Source: Nitrosopumilaceae archaeon (lineage in GTDB: Archaea; Thermoproteota; Nitrososphaeria; Nitrososphaerales; Nitrosopumilaceae). Taken from it: a stretch of 64,000 bases of DNA. The stretch lies in contig OZ242365.1 of NCBI GenBank assembly GCA_965208905.1, positions 1,920,001-1,984,000 of the forward strand, given 5' to 3'. A model generated the notes under the pieces. The model was not told where the DNA came from, did no database searches, and was given only the letters and a program-made list of their open reading frames with translations. Shown piece after piece: positions 9,879 through 20,011 of the stretch. The position numbers and the translations under genes were made by a program. How positions within the stretch are numbered: position 1 is the stretch's first letter; each line of letters opens with the position of its first letter.

Positions 9879-10868
9879 ATGGGACGCAGAAAACATAGCC
9901 AGCCTCGACGGGGAAGTTTGGCGTATCTGCCCCGAGGCAGGGCAAAGAGTATGGAGGCGCGTATTCGGGGATATACTCGAAGCCATGAGGGCGAACCCAA
10001 GATGTTGGTACACTGTGGATTCAAGGCAGGTTGCATACAGGTAGTCAGTATAGATGATCGTGAGAAGACTCCCAATGCTGGCAAACAGTTGGTGAGTCTA
10101 GGTACGGTCTTGGTCACACCACCAGTTACGGTCGTCGGATGGCGGGGATACAGCAAGGATGCCAACGGGCATCATGCAGACTTTGACATATATGCAGATA
10201 CGCTGCCAAAGAAGATAACAAAAAAGATCAGTTTTGCTACTGGTGAGGACAAACAGAAGAGGGCAGAGAACCTAAATCACATACAACGAATCAGCGCCAT
10301 CCTAGCTGTAGTCCCACAAGATATAGGTCTAGAGCAGAAGAGGCCCTACATATTTGAGGCTCCCATTGAAGGTGGCTCAATACCTGACAGGGCCAAATAT
10401 GTACAGAATCTTTTAGGCAAGACAGTAAAGGTGTCAGACTTGTTCAAGGTTGGCGGCACAGTAGATGTGGCAGCCATAACCAAGGGCAAGGGTTGGCAGG
10501 GCGTAATAAAGCGATATGGCGCAAAGCGCAAGCAACACAAATCCCGAAAGTCTGTTCGCGAATTGGGTAGCCTAGGTCCCATATCACCACAATATGTGAT
10601 GTATACAGTTCCCCGAGCAGGCCAGATGGGCTTTCATCAAAGGGTAGAGTACAACAAACGTATAATGATAATGGGTGAATCCAATGATGATACACGACAG
10701 ATAAATCCTCCAGGTGGATTCAAGCACTTTGGAGATGTACAAGGTGATTATATCATACTGCGTGGGTCGGTTCCAGGTGCATATAGACGCCTTGTAAAGA
10801 TTCGAGCTCCAATACGAAACGCACCCAAAAAGATTGTAGAGCCTCGCATACTAGAAGTGGTACTATGA
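9879..10868 (+). CDS. rpl3: 50S ribosomal protein L3
   Basis: MGRRKHSQPRRGSLAYLPR and TKGKGWQGVIKRYG motifs. Confidence 0.98.
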   Translation: MGRRKHSQPRRGSLAYLPRGRAKSMEARIRGYTRSHEGEPKMLVHCGFKAGCIQVVSIDDREKTPNAGKQLVSLGTVLVTPPVTVVGWRGYSKDANGHHADFDIYADTLPKKITKKISFATGEDKQKRAENLNHIQRISAILAVVPQDIGLEQKRPYIFEAPIEGGSIPDRAKYVQNLLGKTVKVSDLFKVGGTVDVAAITKGKGWQGVIKRYGAKRKQHKSRKSVRELGSLGPISPQYVMYTVPRAGQMGFHQRVEYNKRIMIMGESNDDTRQINPPGGFKHFGDVQGDYIILRGSVPGAYRRLVKIRAPIRNAPKKIVEPRILEVVL

Positions 10869-11668
10869 AAGCGCCCATGTATAGTTTAGATGGAAGTAAG
10901 CTGGGCGATGTTGAACTGCCCCGAGTCTTTGAGACGGATACGCGCTCAGATGTCATACACAAGGTGTATGTGAATTTAGATTCACACCGGTTCCAACCAC
11001 AGGGCAGGCATCCAACAGCAGGTATGGATGTGGTGGCGCGCTCAAACGATCCACCCACCGGACGCGGAGTCTCCCGTATAGCCAAGATGCTAGGGGGCGG
11101 AGGCGGCCGTCAGGGACAAGCTGGTGGCGTCGCTTCGGTCCGAGGTGGCCGACAAGCACACCCTCCCAGGTCTAACAAGGTAATCTGGAAACGCATCAAC
11201 AAAAAAGAGAAGTTATTAGCATTATGTTCGGCCATCGCCTATACCACCCGTACAGATGCCATACGCCAGCGTGGTCACAAGACTGGCTCGCAAGAGATAT
11301 TCCCCATCATACTAAACAACGACATAGAACATGTAGACACCACCAAAAGACTCGTCGACATAATAGAAAGATTGGGCTTGTTTGAGGATGTGGAGAGGTT
11401 GCGGCCTCGTCGTAGTCGTACAGGCAAGTCGGCACTGCGTGGTCGAGGCAAGAAGGTGGGAAAAAGCATACTCTTTGTTGTATCGGGAAATACGCCACTA
11501 AAGAATGCGGCCGGTTCACTGCCAGGCATAGATGTCGTACAAGCCAAAAATCTAAGCGTACTGGACTTGGCTCCCGGTTCCAATCCGGCCAGATTGACGA
11601 TATACTCTGAGGGGGCACTTGAAGAGCTCGCAAAACTAAGCTGCAAACAGTTGGAGGTTGCACAATGA
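10865..11668 (+). CDS. rpl4: 50S ribosomal protein L4
   Basis: TGRGVSRI, RGGRQAHPP and LDLAPG motifs, plus operon position. Confidence 0.98.
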   Translation: MKAPMYSLDGSKLGDVELPRVFETDTRSDVIHKVYVNLDSHRFQPQGRHPTAGMDVVARSNDPPTGRGVSRIAKMLGGGGGRQGQAGGVASVRGGRQAHPPRSNKVIWKRINKKEKLLALCSAIAYTTRTDAIRQRGHKTGSQEIFPIILNNDIEHVDTTKRLVDIIERLGLFEDVERLRPRRSRTGKSALRGRGKKVGKSILFVVSGNTPLKNAAGSLPGIDVVQAKNLSVLDLAPGSNPARLTIYSEGALEELAKLSCKQLEVAQ

Positions 11669-11979
11669 ACAAGACAAAGTATTACGACCATAACAAGGCG
11701 AAAAAGATCACAATGACGCCAAGTCAGGCCTCTAAAATAATAGTAAAGCCTCACATCACCGAAAGAACCTTTGATTTGGTAGAGAGCTTTGCGCGTATCT
11801 GCTTTATAGTCCACAAATCTGCTTCAAAGCCAGAGATTCGTGAAGCGGTATCTGTACTATATAACATAAAAGCAGTAAAGATAAACACCGCCCGTACCAT
11901 ATACGGTAAAAAGGCGTTTGTGGTATTAGAGAATACAGAAAAAGCCAGAGATCTGGCAACGGATATAGGAATGCTATAA
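11665..11979 (+). CDS. rpl23: 50S ribosomal protein L23
   Basis: KPHITE, SKPEIREAV and GKKAFV motifs. Start may be 11713. Confidence 0.96.
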   Translation: MNKTKYYDHNKAKKITMTPSQASKIIVKPHITERTFDLVESFARICFIVHKSASKPEIREAVSVLYNIKAVKINTARTIYGKKAFVVLENTEKARDLATDIGML

Positions 11980-12002
11980 TATGGACTACAAAGGTGTATT
12001 CT

Positions 12003-12410
12003 ATGGTTAAAAAATTTGATTATCGGGGCATTCCGCTGGAAGATTTAGAGAGGATGTCGTTGGATCAACAACTGAAACTATTCAACTCCCGGCAGCGTCG
12101 TACTCTGCGTCGCTATATGTCTCATGGCATATCTGATGATCGGCGTAAACTCATTGAGGATATCAAGGTGGTCAAGGCGAACAAAGAAGATACCTCAATA
12201 AGGACTCATCTTAGGGATTTGATCATACTGCCATACCATGTGGGAATTACATTGGAGGTATATTCAGGCAAGGAGTTTGTGCCTGTAAAGATAACAACCG
12301 AAATGATAGGTCATTATGTAGGCGAATATGTTATTACAAACAAGAGGGTTACTCATGGTTCACCAGGTGTAGGCGCGTCCCGTTCCAGCCTATACGTGCC
12401 ATTAAAGTGA
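12003..12410 (+). CDS. rps19: 30S ribosomal protein S19
   Basis: RTHLRDLIILP, EMIGHYVGEY and HGSPGVGASRSS motifs. Confidence 0.97.
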   Translation: MVKKFDYRGIPLEDLERMSLDQQLKLFNSRQRRTLRRYMSHGISDDRRKLIEDIKVVKANKEDTSIRTHLRDLIILPYHVGITLEVYSGKEFVPVKITTEMIGHYVGEYVITNKRVTHGSPGVGASRSSLYVPLK

Positions 12411-12416
12411 TGTGTT

Positions 12417-12881
12417 ATGGCTAGGTTCAAGTACGCATACCAGTATTACAACGCCATTACTGATGCGCGCGCCTCCATACGTCAGGTGGACATATCTCAC
12501 AAGCATGCCCGAGAGATAGGCGTGGCCATAAGTGGACTTTTGGTGGATAATGCAAGGGACTATCTGACGGATGTGGTAAACAAACAGAGAGCCATACCAT
12601 TTGGTCGATACAAAAATCAGGTAGGACATAGGTCAGACTCAGGTGTAATGGCAGGTCGTTACCCTCAAAAGGCCGCCAATGCCATACTCAAACTGTTGAA
12701 CAGTCTAGAGAATAATGCCGAGTTCCGTGGACTAGATGTTGACCGATTACAGATAGTGAATGTGACTGTTCACAAGGGTACAATAATGAAGAGATTCACA
12801 CCCAGAGCCATGGGGCGTGCAACCCCCAAGAATGATGCACTTGTCCACGTTGAAGTTGTTGCTCGGGAGGCAGGGGTATAA
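12417..12881 (+). CDS. rpl22: 50S ribosomal protein L22
   Basis: GRYPQKAA and [10 protein letters not shown] motifs. Confidence 0.97.
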   Translation: MARFKYAYQYYNAITDARASIRQVDISHKHAREIGVAISGLLVDNARDYLTDVVNKQRAIPFGRYKNQVGHRSDSGVMAGRYPQKAANAILKLLNSLENNAEFRGLDVDRLQIVNVTVHKGTIMKRFTPRAMGRATPKNDALVHVEVVAREAGV

Positions 12882-13600
12882 TGTCTGCCACCAAAAAGAT
12901 GATTCAAGACAACTACAAGATGATGTTGCTGAGGGATCATCTCCAGGAAGAGATAAAAGAAGCTGGCTTTAGCCACTTTGACATTCAAAAACAGCCTACA
13001 GGGACTCGTGTGTCCCTGTATGTAGTGCGGCCCGGTGTAGTCATAGGGCGCAAGGGTGCGGTAATTCGTGCCCTGACCGAAGAGTTAGAGTCCAAATTTA
13101 ACTACAAAAATCCACAGATACGTGTTGAGGAGATAGTCAAGCCGGAACTCTCTCCGAGCGTCATGTGTAGTCGCATGGCCTCACTCATAGAGCGAGGCAC
13201 GGCATTCCGGCGAGCCACCATGTGGACTCTGCGTCAGGTGATGGAAGCTGGTGCCATGGGGATACAGATTACAGTTTCGGGCAAACTTCGCGGGGATCGC
13301 TCATCGTTTGAGAAACACTCTGAAGGCATACTGCCCCGGGCGGGACACCATGCCAAGGTGGTGGTAGATGAAGACATAGCCCATGTCAAGACCCCCATGG
13401 GCCTGATTGGAATTCGCATCCGAATAGCCCACAAAGACAAAGTCGTACCCGAGTTCTCACTGACCGGTCAAAGACCTAACACTGTACAAGATATAAAACC
13501 CAAAGATAGACCAAAAGCACGGACAGAATCTGAATTGATACAACAGGAAGTGATGAAGATAAAAGAGGAAGGAGATGATGTTGAGGTGGGAATAAAATGA
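12881..13600 (+). CDS. rps3: 30S ribosomal protein S3
   Basis: KH motif [10 protein letters not shown] and ITVSGKL. Confidence 0.97.
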   Translation: MSATKKMIQDNYKMMLLRDHLQEEIKEAGFSHFDIQKQPTGTRVSLYVVRPGVVIGRKGAVIRALTEELESKFNYKNPQIRVEEIVKPELSPSVMCSRMASLIERGTAFRRATMWTLRQVMEAGAMGIQITVSGKLRGDRSSFEKHSEGILPRAGHHAKVVVDEDIAHVKTPMGLIGIRIRIAHKDKVVPEFSLTGQRPNTVQDIKPKDRPKARTESELIQQEVMKIKEEGDDVEVGIK

Positions 13601-13800
13601 GTCGCATTTCAATGAAGACCATTCGTGAGCTGAGCGCCGAAGATTTGGACGATAAGATACGGAGTTCACAGAGTGAGTTGTCCAAACTGCGGGTAGACCT
13701 AGCCAAGGGTACATTGCGCAAAGAGAGTGGTAAAGTAAAGCCCCTCCGACGAGATATCGCTCGCATGCTAACTAGACAGACGGAGTTGAGGCGCGCATGA
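13597..13800 (+). CDS. rpl29: 50S ribosomal protein L29
   Basis: IRELSAEDL...[10 protein letters not shown], plus operon position. Confidence 0.96.
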   Translation: MSRISMKTIRELSAEDLDDKIRSSQSELSKLRVDLAKGTLRKESGKVKPLRRDIARMLTRQTELRRA

Positions 13801-14015
13801 CAATAATAGGTTCTCACGCAGAGGTTGTGGACTCTACAAATCCATCAGCAATAGGATTAAACGGCACAATACTGTTGGAGAGTAAAAACATGCTTACCAT
13901 AAATACCAAGAGGGGTACACGTATGCTCCCCAAGCTTCATTGTATCTGGAGTATCAACGGAGATATAATATCTGGCGAAACAATACACGGACATCCGCAC
14001 CAGAGGTTGACATAG
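13797..14015 (+). CDS. rnp1: ribonuclease P protein component 1 (Rpp29/POP4)
   Basis: IIGSHAEVVDSTNPSAIGLNGTILLESKNML, in the canonical position between L29 and S17. Confidence 0.88.
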   Translation: MTIIGSHAEVVDSTNPSAIGLNGTILLESKNMLTINTKRGTRMLPKLHCIWSINGDIISGETIHGHPHQRLT

Positions 14016-14017
14016 GC

Positions 14018-14332
14018 ATGATTGGCATAAACACTACTCCCCCCACACGAGAATGCACAGATAGAAACTGTCCATATCATGGAGGTCTGCCGGTTCGAGG
14101 CAAGCTTTTAGAAGGCAAAGTGTCCAGTATTAAGGCAAAAAAGACTATAACACTGCAGCGCGAGTCCCCCGTATACATAAACAAGTTCAGGCGGTACGCC
14201 CGCAGTAAGAGTACAATACATGCACATGTTCCAGAGTGTATTGATGTGGAAGAGGGAGATCAAGTTCTGACCGCCGAGTGTCGTCCCCTCTCAAAGTCAA
14301 TATCGTTTGTAGTTGTGGAGGTTCGAAGATAG
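14018..14332 (+). CDS. rps17: 30S ribosomal protein S17
   Basis: CTDRNCPYHG and ECRPLSKS motifs. Start is the ATG at 14018. Confidence 0.97.
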   Translation: MIGINTTPPTRECTDRNCPYHGGLPVRGKLLEGKVSSIKAKKTITLQRESPVYINKFRRYARSKSTIHAHVPECIDVEEGDQVLTAECRPLSKSISFVVVEVRR

Positions 14333-14755
14333 TTGGCAAAGCAAGCAGGTATGGGTGTTGAAGAGTTTCGCCCATACGTTACACATGCCATACCGGTTGG
14401 TGCCAATATCACGTGTGCCGATAACTCGGGAGCAAAGATACTGCAGGTAGTCATGGTACACAAGACAAAGACACGTGTATCCAGACTGCCAGCTGCGGCC
14501 GTAGGCGACTATTGTAATGTGGTGGTTAAGAAAGGGCCTGCCGAGCTTCGCAAGCAAGTACACGGAGCCGTTATAATACGACAAAAATATCCTGTCCGTA
14601 GGTTGAATGGTATACGCGTATGCTTTGAGGATAATGCTGCAGTCATAGTATCTGCCGAGGGGGAGATGAAGGGTACAGGCATAAAAGGTCCTGTGGCAGC
14701 AGAGGCATCAGAGAAATGGCCACGTATAGCCAATGTGGCGTCCACGGTGATATAA
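14333..14755 (+). CDS. rpl14: 50S ribosomal protein L14
   Basis: CADNSGAK, FEDNAAVIV and IKGPVAAEA motifs. Confidence 0.98.
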   Translation: MAKQAGMGVEEFRPYVTHAIPVGANITCADNSGAKILQVVMVHKTKTRVSRLPAAAVGDYCNVVVKKGPAELRKQVHGAVIIRQKYPVRRLNGIRVCFEDNAAVIVSAEGEMKGTGIKGPVAAEASEKWPRIANVASTVI

Positions 14756-14756
14756 G

Positions 14757-15374
14757 ATGAAACCCTCCAAAATTAGAAATCGAACCATACATAACGCACC
14801 GCTATCTTTGCGCAGTAGGTCGATGTCATCTCATCTCAGCGGACAGTTGCGCAAAACATACGGACATCGTAGCATCCGTGTAATACCTGGCGACTCAGTC
14901 TCAATAAATCGGGGAGTCTACAAGAACATAGACGGTAAGGTTGAGAAAGTAAAGCCGCACCTGGGTGTCGTCATCAGCGGCGTGCAGAAACAAAAGGCGG
15001 AGGGTAAAAAGATTGACGTTTACATACATCCATCAAATCTGCTGGTCACATCCTTGAATCTGGATGATAAGTGGCGTGCTAAAAAATTAAAGGTGGACAC
15101 CAAAATCGATAAAGCACCTGTTGGGGACACTAGCAGTCTGTCATCCGGCAGTGTGCCGGCGAGCCCAAAGCACACCGACCTGCCATCTGGTGCTGATGTA
15201 CCTCTTGAGGATGTCGAAGTAAAGCCAAAAGATGCTGATGAGGATGTAAAACCAGAGAGTTCATCAGATGATAGCGATGTAAAACCAGAGGATGTCGAAG
15301 TAAAGCCAAAAGATGCTGATGAGGATGTAAAATCAGAGATTTCATCAGATGATACCAAGGAGGATAAATCATAA
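14757..15374 (+). CDS. rpl24: 50S ribosomal protein L24 with long acidic repetitive C-terminal tail
   Basis: KOW motif GDSVSINRG and IHPSNL, followed by a ~90-aa D/E/S/K/P-rich extension. Confidence 0.95.
   Translation: MKPSKIRNRTIHNAPLSLRSRSMSSHLSGQLRKTYGHRSIRVIPGDSVSINRGVYKNIDGKVEKVKPHLGVVISGVQKQKAEGKKIDVYIHPSNLLVTSLNLDDKWRAKKLKVDTKIDKAPVGDTSSLSSGSVPASPKHTDLPSGADVPLEDVEVKPKDADEDVKPESSSDDSDVKPEDVEVKPKDADEDVKSEISSDDTKEDKS
15207..15354 (+). repeat. tandem direct repeat with 81-bp period in the rpl24 tail
   Basis: GAGGATGTCGAAGTAAAGCCAAAAGATGCTGATGAGGATGTAAAA occurs at 15207 and 15288 (EDVEVKPKDADEDVK twice). Confidence 0.9.
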
Positions 15375-16096
15375 TGGTCAGCATATCTGGCAGTAAAAAA
15401 TTAAAACGACAGATGGCTCCGATCTTTTGGGGAATAACCCGCAAGGATAAGAGATTTATCATTGCGCCAAGACCAGGACCCCATCCTCATAACATGTCAA
15501 TACCATCAGCAGTATTTCTCCGGGATATGCTGGGTGTAGTGTATACACTACGGGAGGCCAAAGCGGCCATATACGATGGTAGCGTAAAGATTGATGGCGT
15601 GGTACGAAAGTCCATACATTATGGTATCGGCCTTATGGATATCGTACAGCTGAAAAACATGCCCAGTGCATACAAGATGATTCCTGTAAAAGGTAAACTG
15701 CTCCAGCCCGTACCGGTATCAGATGATGAAGTAGGTAAGAAACTAGCCAAGGTAACCAGCAAGACCATCATAAAGGGCGGTCGTACATCATTGGGCTTTC
15801 ATGATGGGCGTACCATGATAATAGATGACAAAGAGATACATGTAGGAGACAGTTGTATTCTGCAGGTGCCAAAGCAGAAGATACTAAACATCATACCCCT
15901 ACAGAAAGACTGTCGCATTCTTGTAATAAAAGGAGCAAATGCTGGCGAGTCGGGTACAGTCCAGAGTGTCGAAGAAGGCACATTCATACTACCACGACGC
16001 GTCGTGTTGTCCTTGGGCGAGCGCAGCATAGAACTACCCATAGACGCAGTCATTGCGATACCCAATAATATGGGAGAGATTGGAGAGGGACAGTAA
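15374..16096 (+). CDS. rps4e: 30S ribosomal protein S4e
   Basis: LKRQMAP, PRPGPH and FHDGRT motifs. Confidence 0.97.
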   Translation: MVSISGSKKLKRQMAPIFWGITRKDKRFIIAPRPGPHPHNMSIPSAVFLRDMLGVVYTLREAKAAIYDGSVKIDGVVRKSIHYGIGLMDIVQLKNMPSAYKMIPVKGKLLQPVPVSDDEVGKKLAKVTSKTIIKGGRTSLGFHDGRTMIIDDKEIHVGDSCILQVPKQKILNIIPLQKDCRILVIKGANAGESGTVQSVEEGTFILPRRVVLSLGERSIELPIDAVIAIPNNMGEIGEGQ

Positions 16097-16620
16097 TGAG
16101 TAACAGTTCAGAGTCAAACCCCATGAGGGTGATTCGGTTAGAGAAGGTGGTCTTAAACATGGGAGTAGGCAGGTCAGGTGCCGCCATTGAGACAGCACAG
16201 CGGGCACTAGAGCAGATATCCAGCAAGAAACCCACTACACGTAATGCCAAGTCTGCGCAGAGGGATTGGGGTGTGCGCAAGGGTGAACCCATTGGAGTAT
16301 CTGTAACACTGCGTCAGGACACGGCGGTCAGCGTACTCAAGCGCCTCTTTGAGGCCAAGGGAAACATCATCAAAAGCAAGTCATTTGATAATTTTGGAAA
16401 CTACTCGTTTGGAATTCGCGAGCACATAGACATACCCAATGTAAAATACGATCCAAAGATAGGTATTTTGGGTTTAGACGTATCGGTCACACTGACACGA
16501 CCAGGTTTTGGAATTAGGTTTCGTAGCCGTCGCAAGGCACGAATTGGCAAAGGACACACAATATCAAGTCAAGAAGCAAAGAACTTTTTAATGGAGAAGT
16601 TTGGAGTAGAGTTGGAATGA
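16096..16620 (+). CDS. rpl5: 50S ribosomal protein L5
   Basis: NPMRVIRLEKVVLNMGVG and FGIREHIDIP motifs. Confidence 0.98.
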   Translation: MSNSSESNPMRVIRLEKVVLNMGVGRSGAAIETAQRALEQISSKKPTTRNAKSAQRDWGVRKGEPIGVSVTLRQDTAVSVLKRLFEAKGNIIKSKSFDNFGNYSFGIREHIDIPNVKYDPKIGILGLDVSVTLTRPGFGIRFRSRRKARIGKGHTISSQEAKNFLMEKFGVELE

Positions 16621-16793
16621 AAGATCGTTCATATGAATTTACCAAGAGAAAGAAACACGAGTTTGGGAGAGGTTCACGATGGTGTAAGAGATGCGGAGAC
16701 TACACCGCTGTAATTCAAAAGTATGATTTAATGATTTGTAGGAGATGTTTCCGGGAAGTGGCCAACTCTTTGGGTTTCCACAAACACAGGTGA
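16617..16793 (+). CDS. rps14: 30S ribosomal protein S14 (Zn-binding; missed by ORF track)
   Basis: Manual translation MKDRSYEFTKRKKHEFGRGSRWCKRCGDYTAVIQKYDLMICRRCFREVANSLGFHKHR* has CxxC...CxxC. Confidence 0.96.
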   Translation: MKDRSYEFTKRKKHEFGRGSRWCKRCGDYTAVIQKYDLMICRRCFREVANSLGFHKHR

Positions 16794-16800
16794 TCATATA

Positions 16801-17193
16801 ATGCCATCTACCAATATTATTGCAAACTTGTTTGTCACAATATACAACAATGAGGTACGCCGAAAACGTGAATGCATAATATTGCCGACATCCCAACACG
16901 GCCTAGCAGTATTAAAGACGCTAAAAAAGTACGGCTACATAAACGACTACGAACACATACAGGATAAACGGGGTGGAAAGTTCGTCATCAAGCTCAGCTC
17001 AAAGATCACAAAGTGTGGTGCCATATCACCTCGATTCAAAGTAAAGAGAAACGAGTATACTCGCTGGGAGCAACAATATCTACCCTCATATAATAGGGGC
17101 ATACTATTGGTCACCACCAATCAGGGAGTTATGTCTCATCATGAAGCTGCTAATCTAGGAATAGGAGGTCTCTTGGTAGGATATGCCTATTAG
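16801..17193 (+). CDS. rps8: 30S ribosomal protein S8
   Basis: KCGAISPRF and TTNQGVMSHHEA motifs. Confidence 0.97.
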   Translation: MPSTNIIANLFVTIYNNEVRRKRECIILPTSQHGLAVLKTLKKYGYINDYEHIQDKRGGKFVIKLSSKITKCGAISPRFKVKRNEYTRWEQQYLPSYNRGILLVTTNQGVMSHHEAANLGIGGLLVGYAY

Positions 17194-17734
17194 TGCCGAG
17201 AAACTAAACACTGTAGTTCAGATTCCATCAGATGTAAATGTGGCACTGAACCGACACATGTTGATTGTTGATGGTCCACTTGGCCGGGCCATCAAAAACT
17301 TTCGCAAGATACCTGTTGCTTTAACAGTGCAAGATGACAAAGTTTTGCTAAAAGCTGCGGGTTCCCGTAAGAAGGACTTTGCAATATTGAATACGTCCCG
17401 TTCGCTCATTCGTAACTTATGTGAGGGCGTAGTGTCTGGCTACACCATAAAGATGAAGGTTGTCTTTGCGCACTTTCCCATCACGATAAATGTAAAAGAG
17501 AATAAGGTCTTTATAGAAAATTTTCAAGGTGAGCGGGCTCCCCGAATAGCAGACATAGTCGGCTCGACAAAGGTAGAACCCAAAGGTGAGGACGTCATTA
17601 TAACAGGCCACGTACTAACAGATGTAACGCAGACCGCCGCCAACATTCAGTTAAAGACCCGCATAAAGAACAAAGACCACAGGGTGTTCTTGGATGGCAT
17701 ATACAGATATGATATTATGCACAGTATGTCATAA
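17183..17734 (+). CDS. rpl6: 50S ribosomal protein L6
   Basis: VFAHFPI, ENFQGER and KDHRVFLDGIY motifs. Confidence 0.97.
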   Translation: MPISAEKLNTVVQIPSDVNVALNRHMLIVDGPLGRAIKNFRKIPVALTVQDDKVLLKAAGSRKKDFAILNTSRSLIRNLCEGVVSGYTIKMKVVFAHFPITINVKENKVFIENFQGERAPRIADIVGSTKVEPKGEDVIITGHVLTDVTQTAANIQLKTRIKNKDHRVFLDGIYRYDIMHSMS

Positions 17735-18245
17735 TTTCAACACCACAAAGATTCAGAACAAATGCGCATATGTAAGAGAACTACCATGTCCCGCCAACTT
17801 AACAGCACCAAATATAGGAACTGTAAAGAACTAGTGACCTAATATGTAGTGTAAAATTAGTGACCTAGATCGGATCTTCTTAAGAACAAAGAGTATTACC
17901 TTTGTATATGAGTCCATCAGTCCAAGGTATCACCCAGATCATAGTCTTTTGTGAGTGACACCCTTGATGGTTTTAGCCACACAGTTAGGGCATAGTATTA
18001 CTGCATTATTGTCTGTCAATACAGACATCTTAAAGCTATACTCTCTCTTTATATGGGTGCGAACTGTGGCCCATTTATCCCACACAGTATCAAAGAACAC
18101 TATACAGCAGAGTGGCATGTCAGACTCCACACCATTCCAAAAAAACCTGCATCTACCAGTCATGGAATACTGTTTCAGATACGCCTATATCGATCTTTTG
18201 TTTGCCGTAGATCCACTTATATCTAACTGGGTCTACTATAGAGCA

Positions 18246-18416
18246 ATGTCAGATTTGAACTATGCCGAATGTCCCCACTGTAATAAGGTAGCTATGGGGC
18301 GGGAGAAGGTTGAAGAGCAGTTTGGTATAAGGAATAATGGTGGCCATATCATGGTCCAGTCATGGTGTAGGGTATGCCGCCGACTGGGACTCCTTCCAGA
18401 GAAAGTCCCCATCTAG
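18246..18416 (+). CDS. small zinc-finger protein (56 aa)
   Basis: MSDLNYAECPHCNKVA...QSWCRVCRR has two CxxC pairs. The upstream extension in the ORF track (from 17955) looks spurious. Confidence 0.7.
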   Translation: MSDLNYAECPHCNKVAMGREKVEEQFGIRNNGGHIMVQSWCRVCRRLGLLPEKVPI

Positions 18417-18661
18417 ATCACCAACACACCATCACATCCCAGATTACCAAGATGCACCAGTTCCCAAATATAGAACATTATAGTATAGAGCAAGATTATA
18501 CAGTGTGGCATAATTTAGATCATTGCCCAATCTGGAAAGAGGGCATCAAAGGTAATAATTAACGATATAAGTAATATGCGCTGGTGAGATGGCGAGCTGT
18601 AAAGCACTGCTGCATGATATAAAAAATCATTAAATAAACCATCTTTGTATGGCTTGTATGG

Positions 18662-20011
18662 GTGGACATATTTGGAGAACCTAATATAATTTCCATAGAT
18701 ACCAATCTAGAACCATTTGAGATATACAGAAACATATCGTATAAACAAAGAGACTCATTTCTATTTGAGTCTCTAGACAGGCCAAGAAGGATGGCCGAGA
18801 TTACAGCGATGGGTTTCTCGCCGGTAGCAAAGATACGGGGGTACAAGGATCACATAACCATACAGAGGGGGAACGATACAAGGATACAGCACACCCAGGA
18901 CCCATTTGGTACGCTACAACACATGATGCGCACATCCAGATATAATAGATACAGGTACATGGGAGGTGCTGTGGGCATAGTAAATTATGATGCCATAATG
19001 TTGACTGAAGATATACCCCACTCACACGACATACCACAACCACTCTTTGAGTTTGGCATGTACGATGATGGCATACTAGTGGACAACCACACAGGGGAGA
19101 CATTCTACTTTTGGTATGATACAGATAGATCACAGATATTCGATGGTATGCATAGATGTCCGCGTGGGGAGTTTGAAACTACAACGCCAATATCCCAGAC
19201 AGATATCAAACAGTTTACTAAAATGATAGAGAAGGCACATCGCTACATATATGATGGCGACATATTTCAGGTGGTACTGTCCAGAAGGTTCTCATTTGAT
19301 ATATCCGGTGACCCTTTGGAGCTGTACGCCAAGCTACGTAAGTTGAACCCATCGCCATACATGTTCCACCTAAAGCAAGACAACAGAGTCACCATAGGGG
19401 CATCACCAGAGATGTTGATTCGCATAACAGGAGACAGTGTCGAGACGTTTCCCATAGCCGGTACACGCCCCATGGGAGATACAAAAGAGGAGACCGCCAG
19501 ACTGGCGCAGGAGCTTACGACCAACAAAAAGGAGTTGGCCGAACATACAATGTTGGTGGACTTGGGTCGAAATGATATAGGAAGGGTGTGCAGATATGGA
19601 ACAGTAAAGCCCCTCTCACTGATGGTTGTAAAGGAGTTCAGTCATGTGCAACATCTGGTAACTCATATTGTGGGCGAGCTGGATTCAAGATATAATATGT
19701 TTGATGCCTTCAAGGCAGTATTTCCGGCAGGAACAGTGACCGGAGCCCCCAAAGTCCGGGCCATGGAGATAATTGATGAGTTGGAGACTCAAAGTAGAGG
19801 ACCTTATGCAGGGGCGGTGGGGTACTTTTCGTATAATGGATGCTGTGACTTTGCCATTGCCATACGAAGTATATTCATACAGGATGGGAATGGAACAGTA
19901 CAGTCAGGTGCTGGCATAGTCTCGGACGCCACGCCCGCTCAAGAGTTTGCCGAAACAGAGAGAAAGGCAGGAGCAATGCTTCAGGCAATTATGGATGGTT
20001 CTAAAAGATGA
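18662..20011 (+). CDS. trpE: anthranilate synthase component I
   Basis: NPSPYMF, PIAGTR, EHTMLVDLGRND and FPAGTVTGAPK motifs. Confidence 0.96.
   Translation: MDIFGEPNIISIDTNLEPFEIYRNISYKQRDSFLFESLDRPRRMAEITAMGFSPVAKIRGYKDHITIQRGNDTRIQHTQDPFGTLQHMMRTSRYNRYRYMGGAVGIVNYDAIMLTEDIPHSHDIPQPLFEFGMYDDGILVDNHTGETFYFWYDTDRSQIFDGMHRCPRGEFETTTPISQTDIKQFTKMIEKAHRYIYDGDIFQVVLSRRFSFDISGDPLELYAKLRKLNPSPYMFHLKQDNRVTIGASPEMLIRITGDSVETFPIAGTRPMGDTKEETARLAQELTTNKKELAEHTMLVDLGRNDIGRVCRYGTVKPLSLMVVKEFSHVQHLVTHIVGELDSRYNMFDAFKAVFPAGTVTGAPKVRAMEIIDELETQSRGPYAGAVGYFSYNGCCDFAIAIRSIFIQDGNGTVQSGAGIVSDATPAQEFAETERKAGAMLQAIMDGSKR

Noticed and set aside
11979-12003. Absence of rpl2 between L23 and S19, and the operon ending at L6
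   Set aside because: As far as I recall this split is usual in Nitrosopumilaceae, so it is not treated as novel. I could not verify it here.
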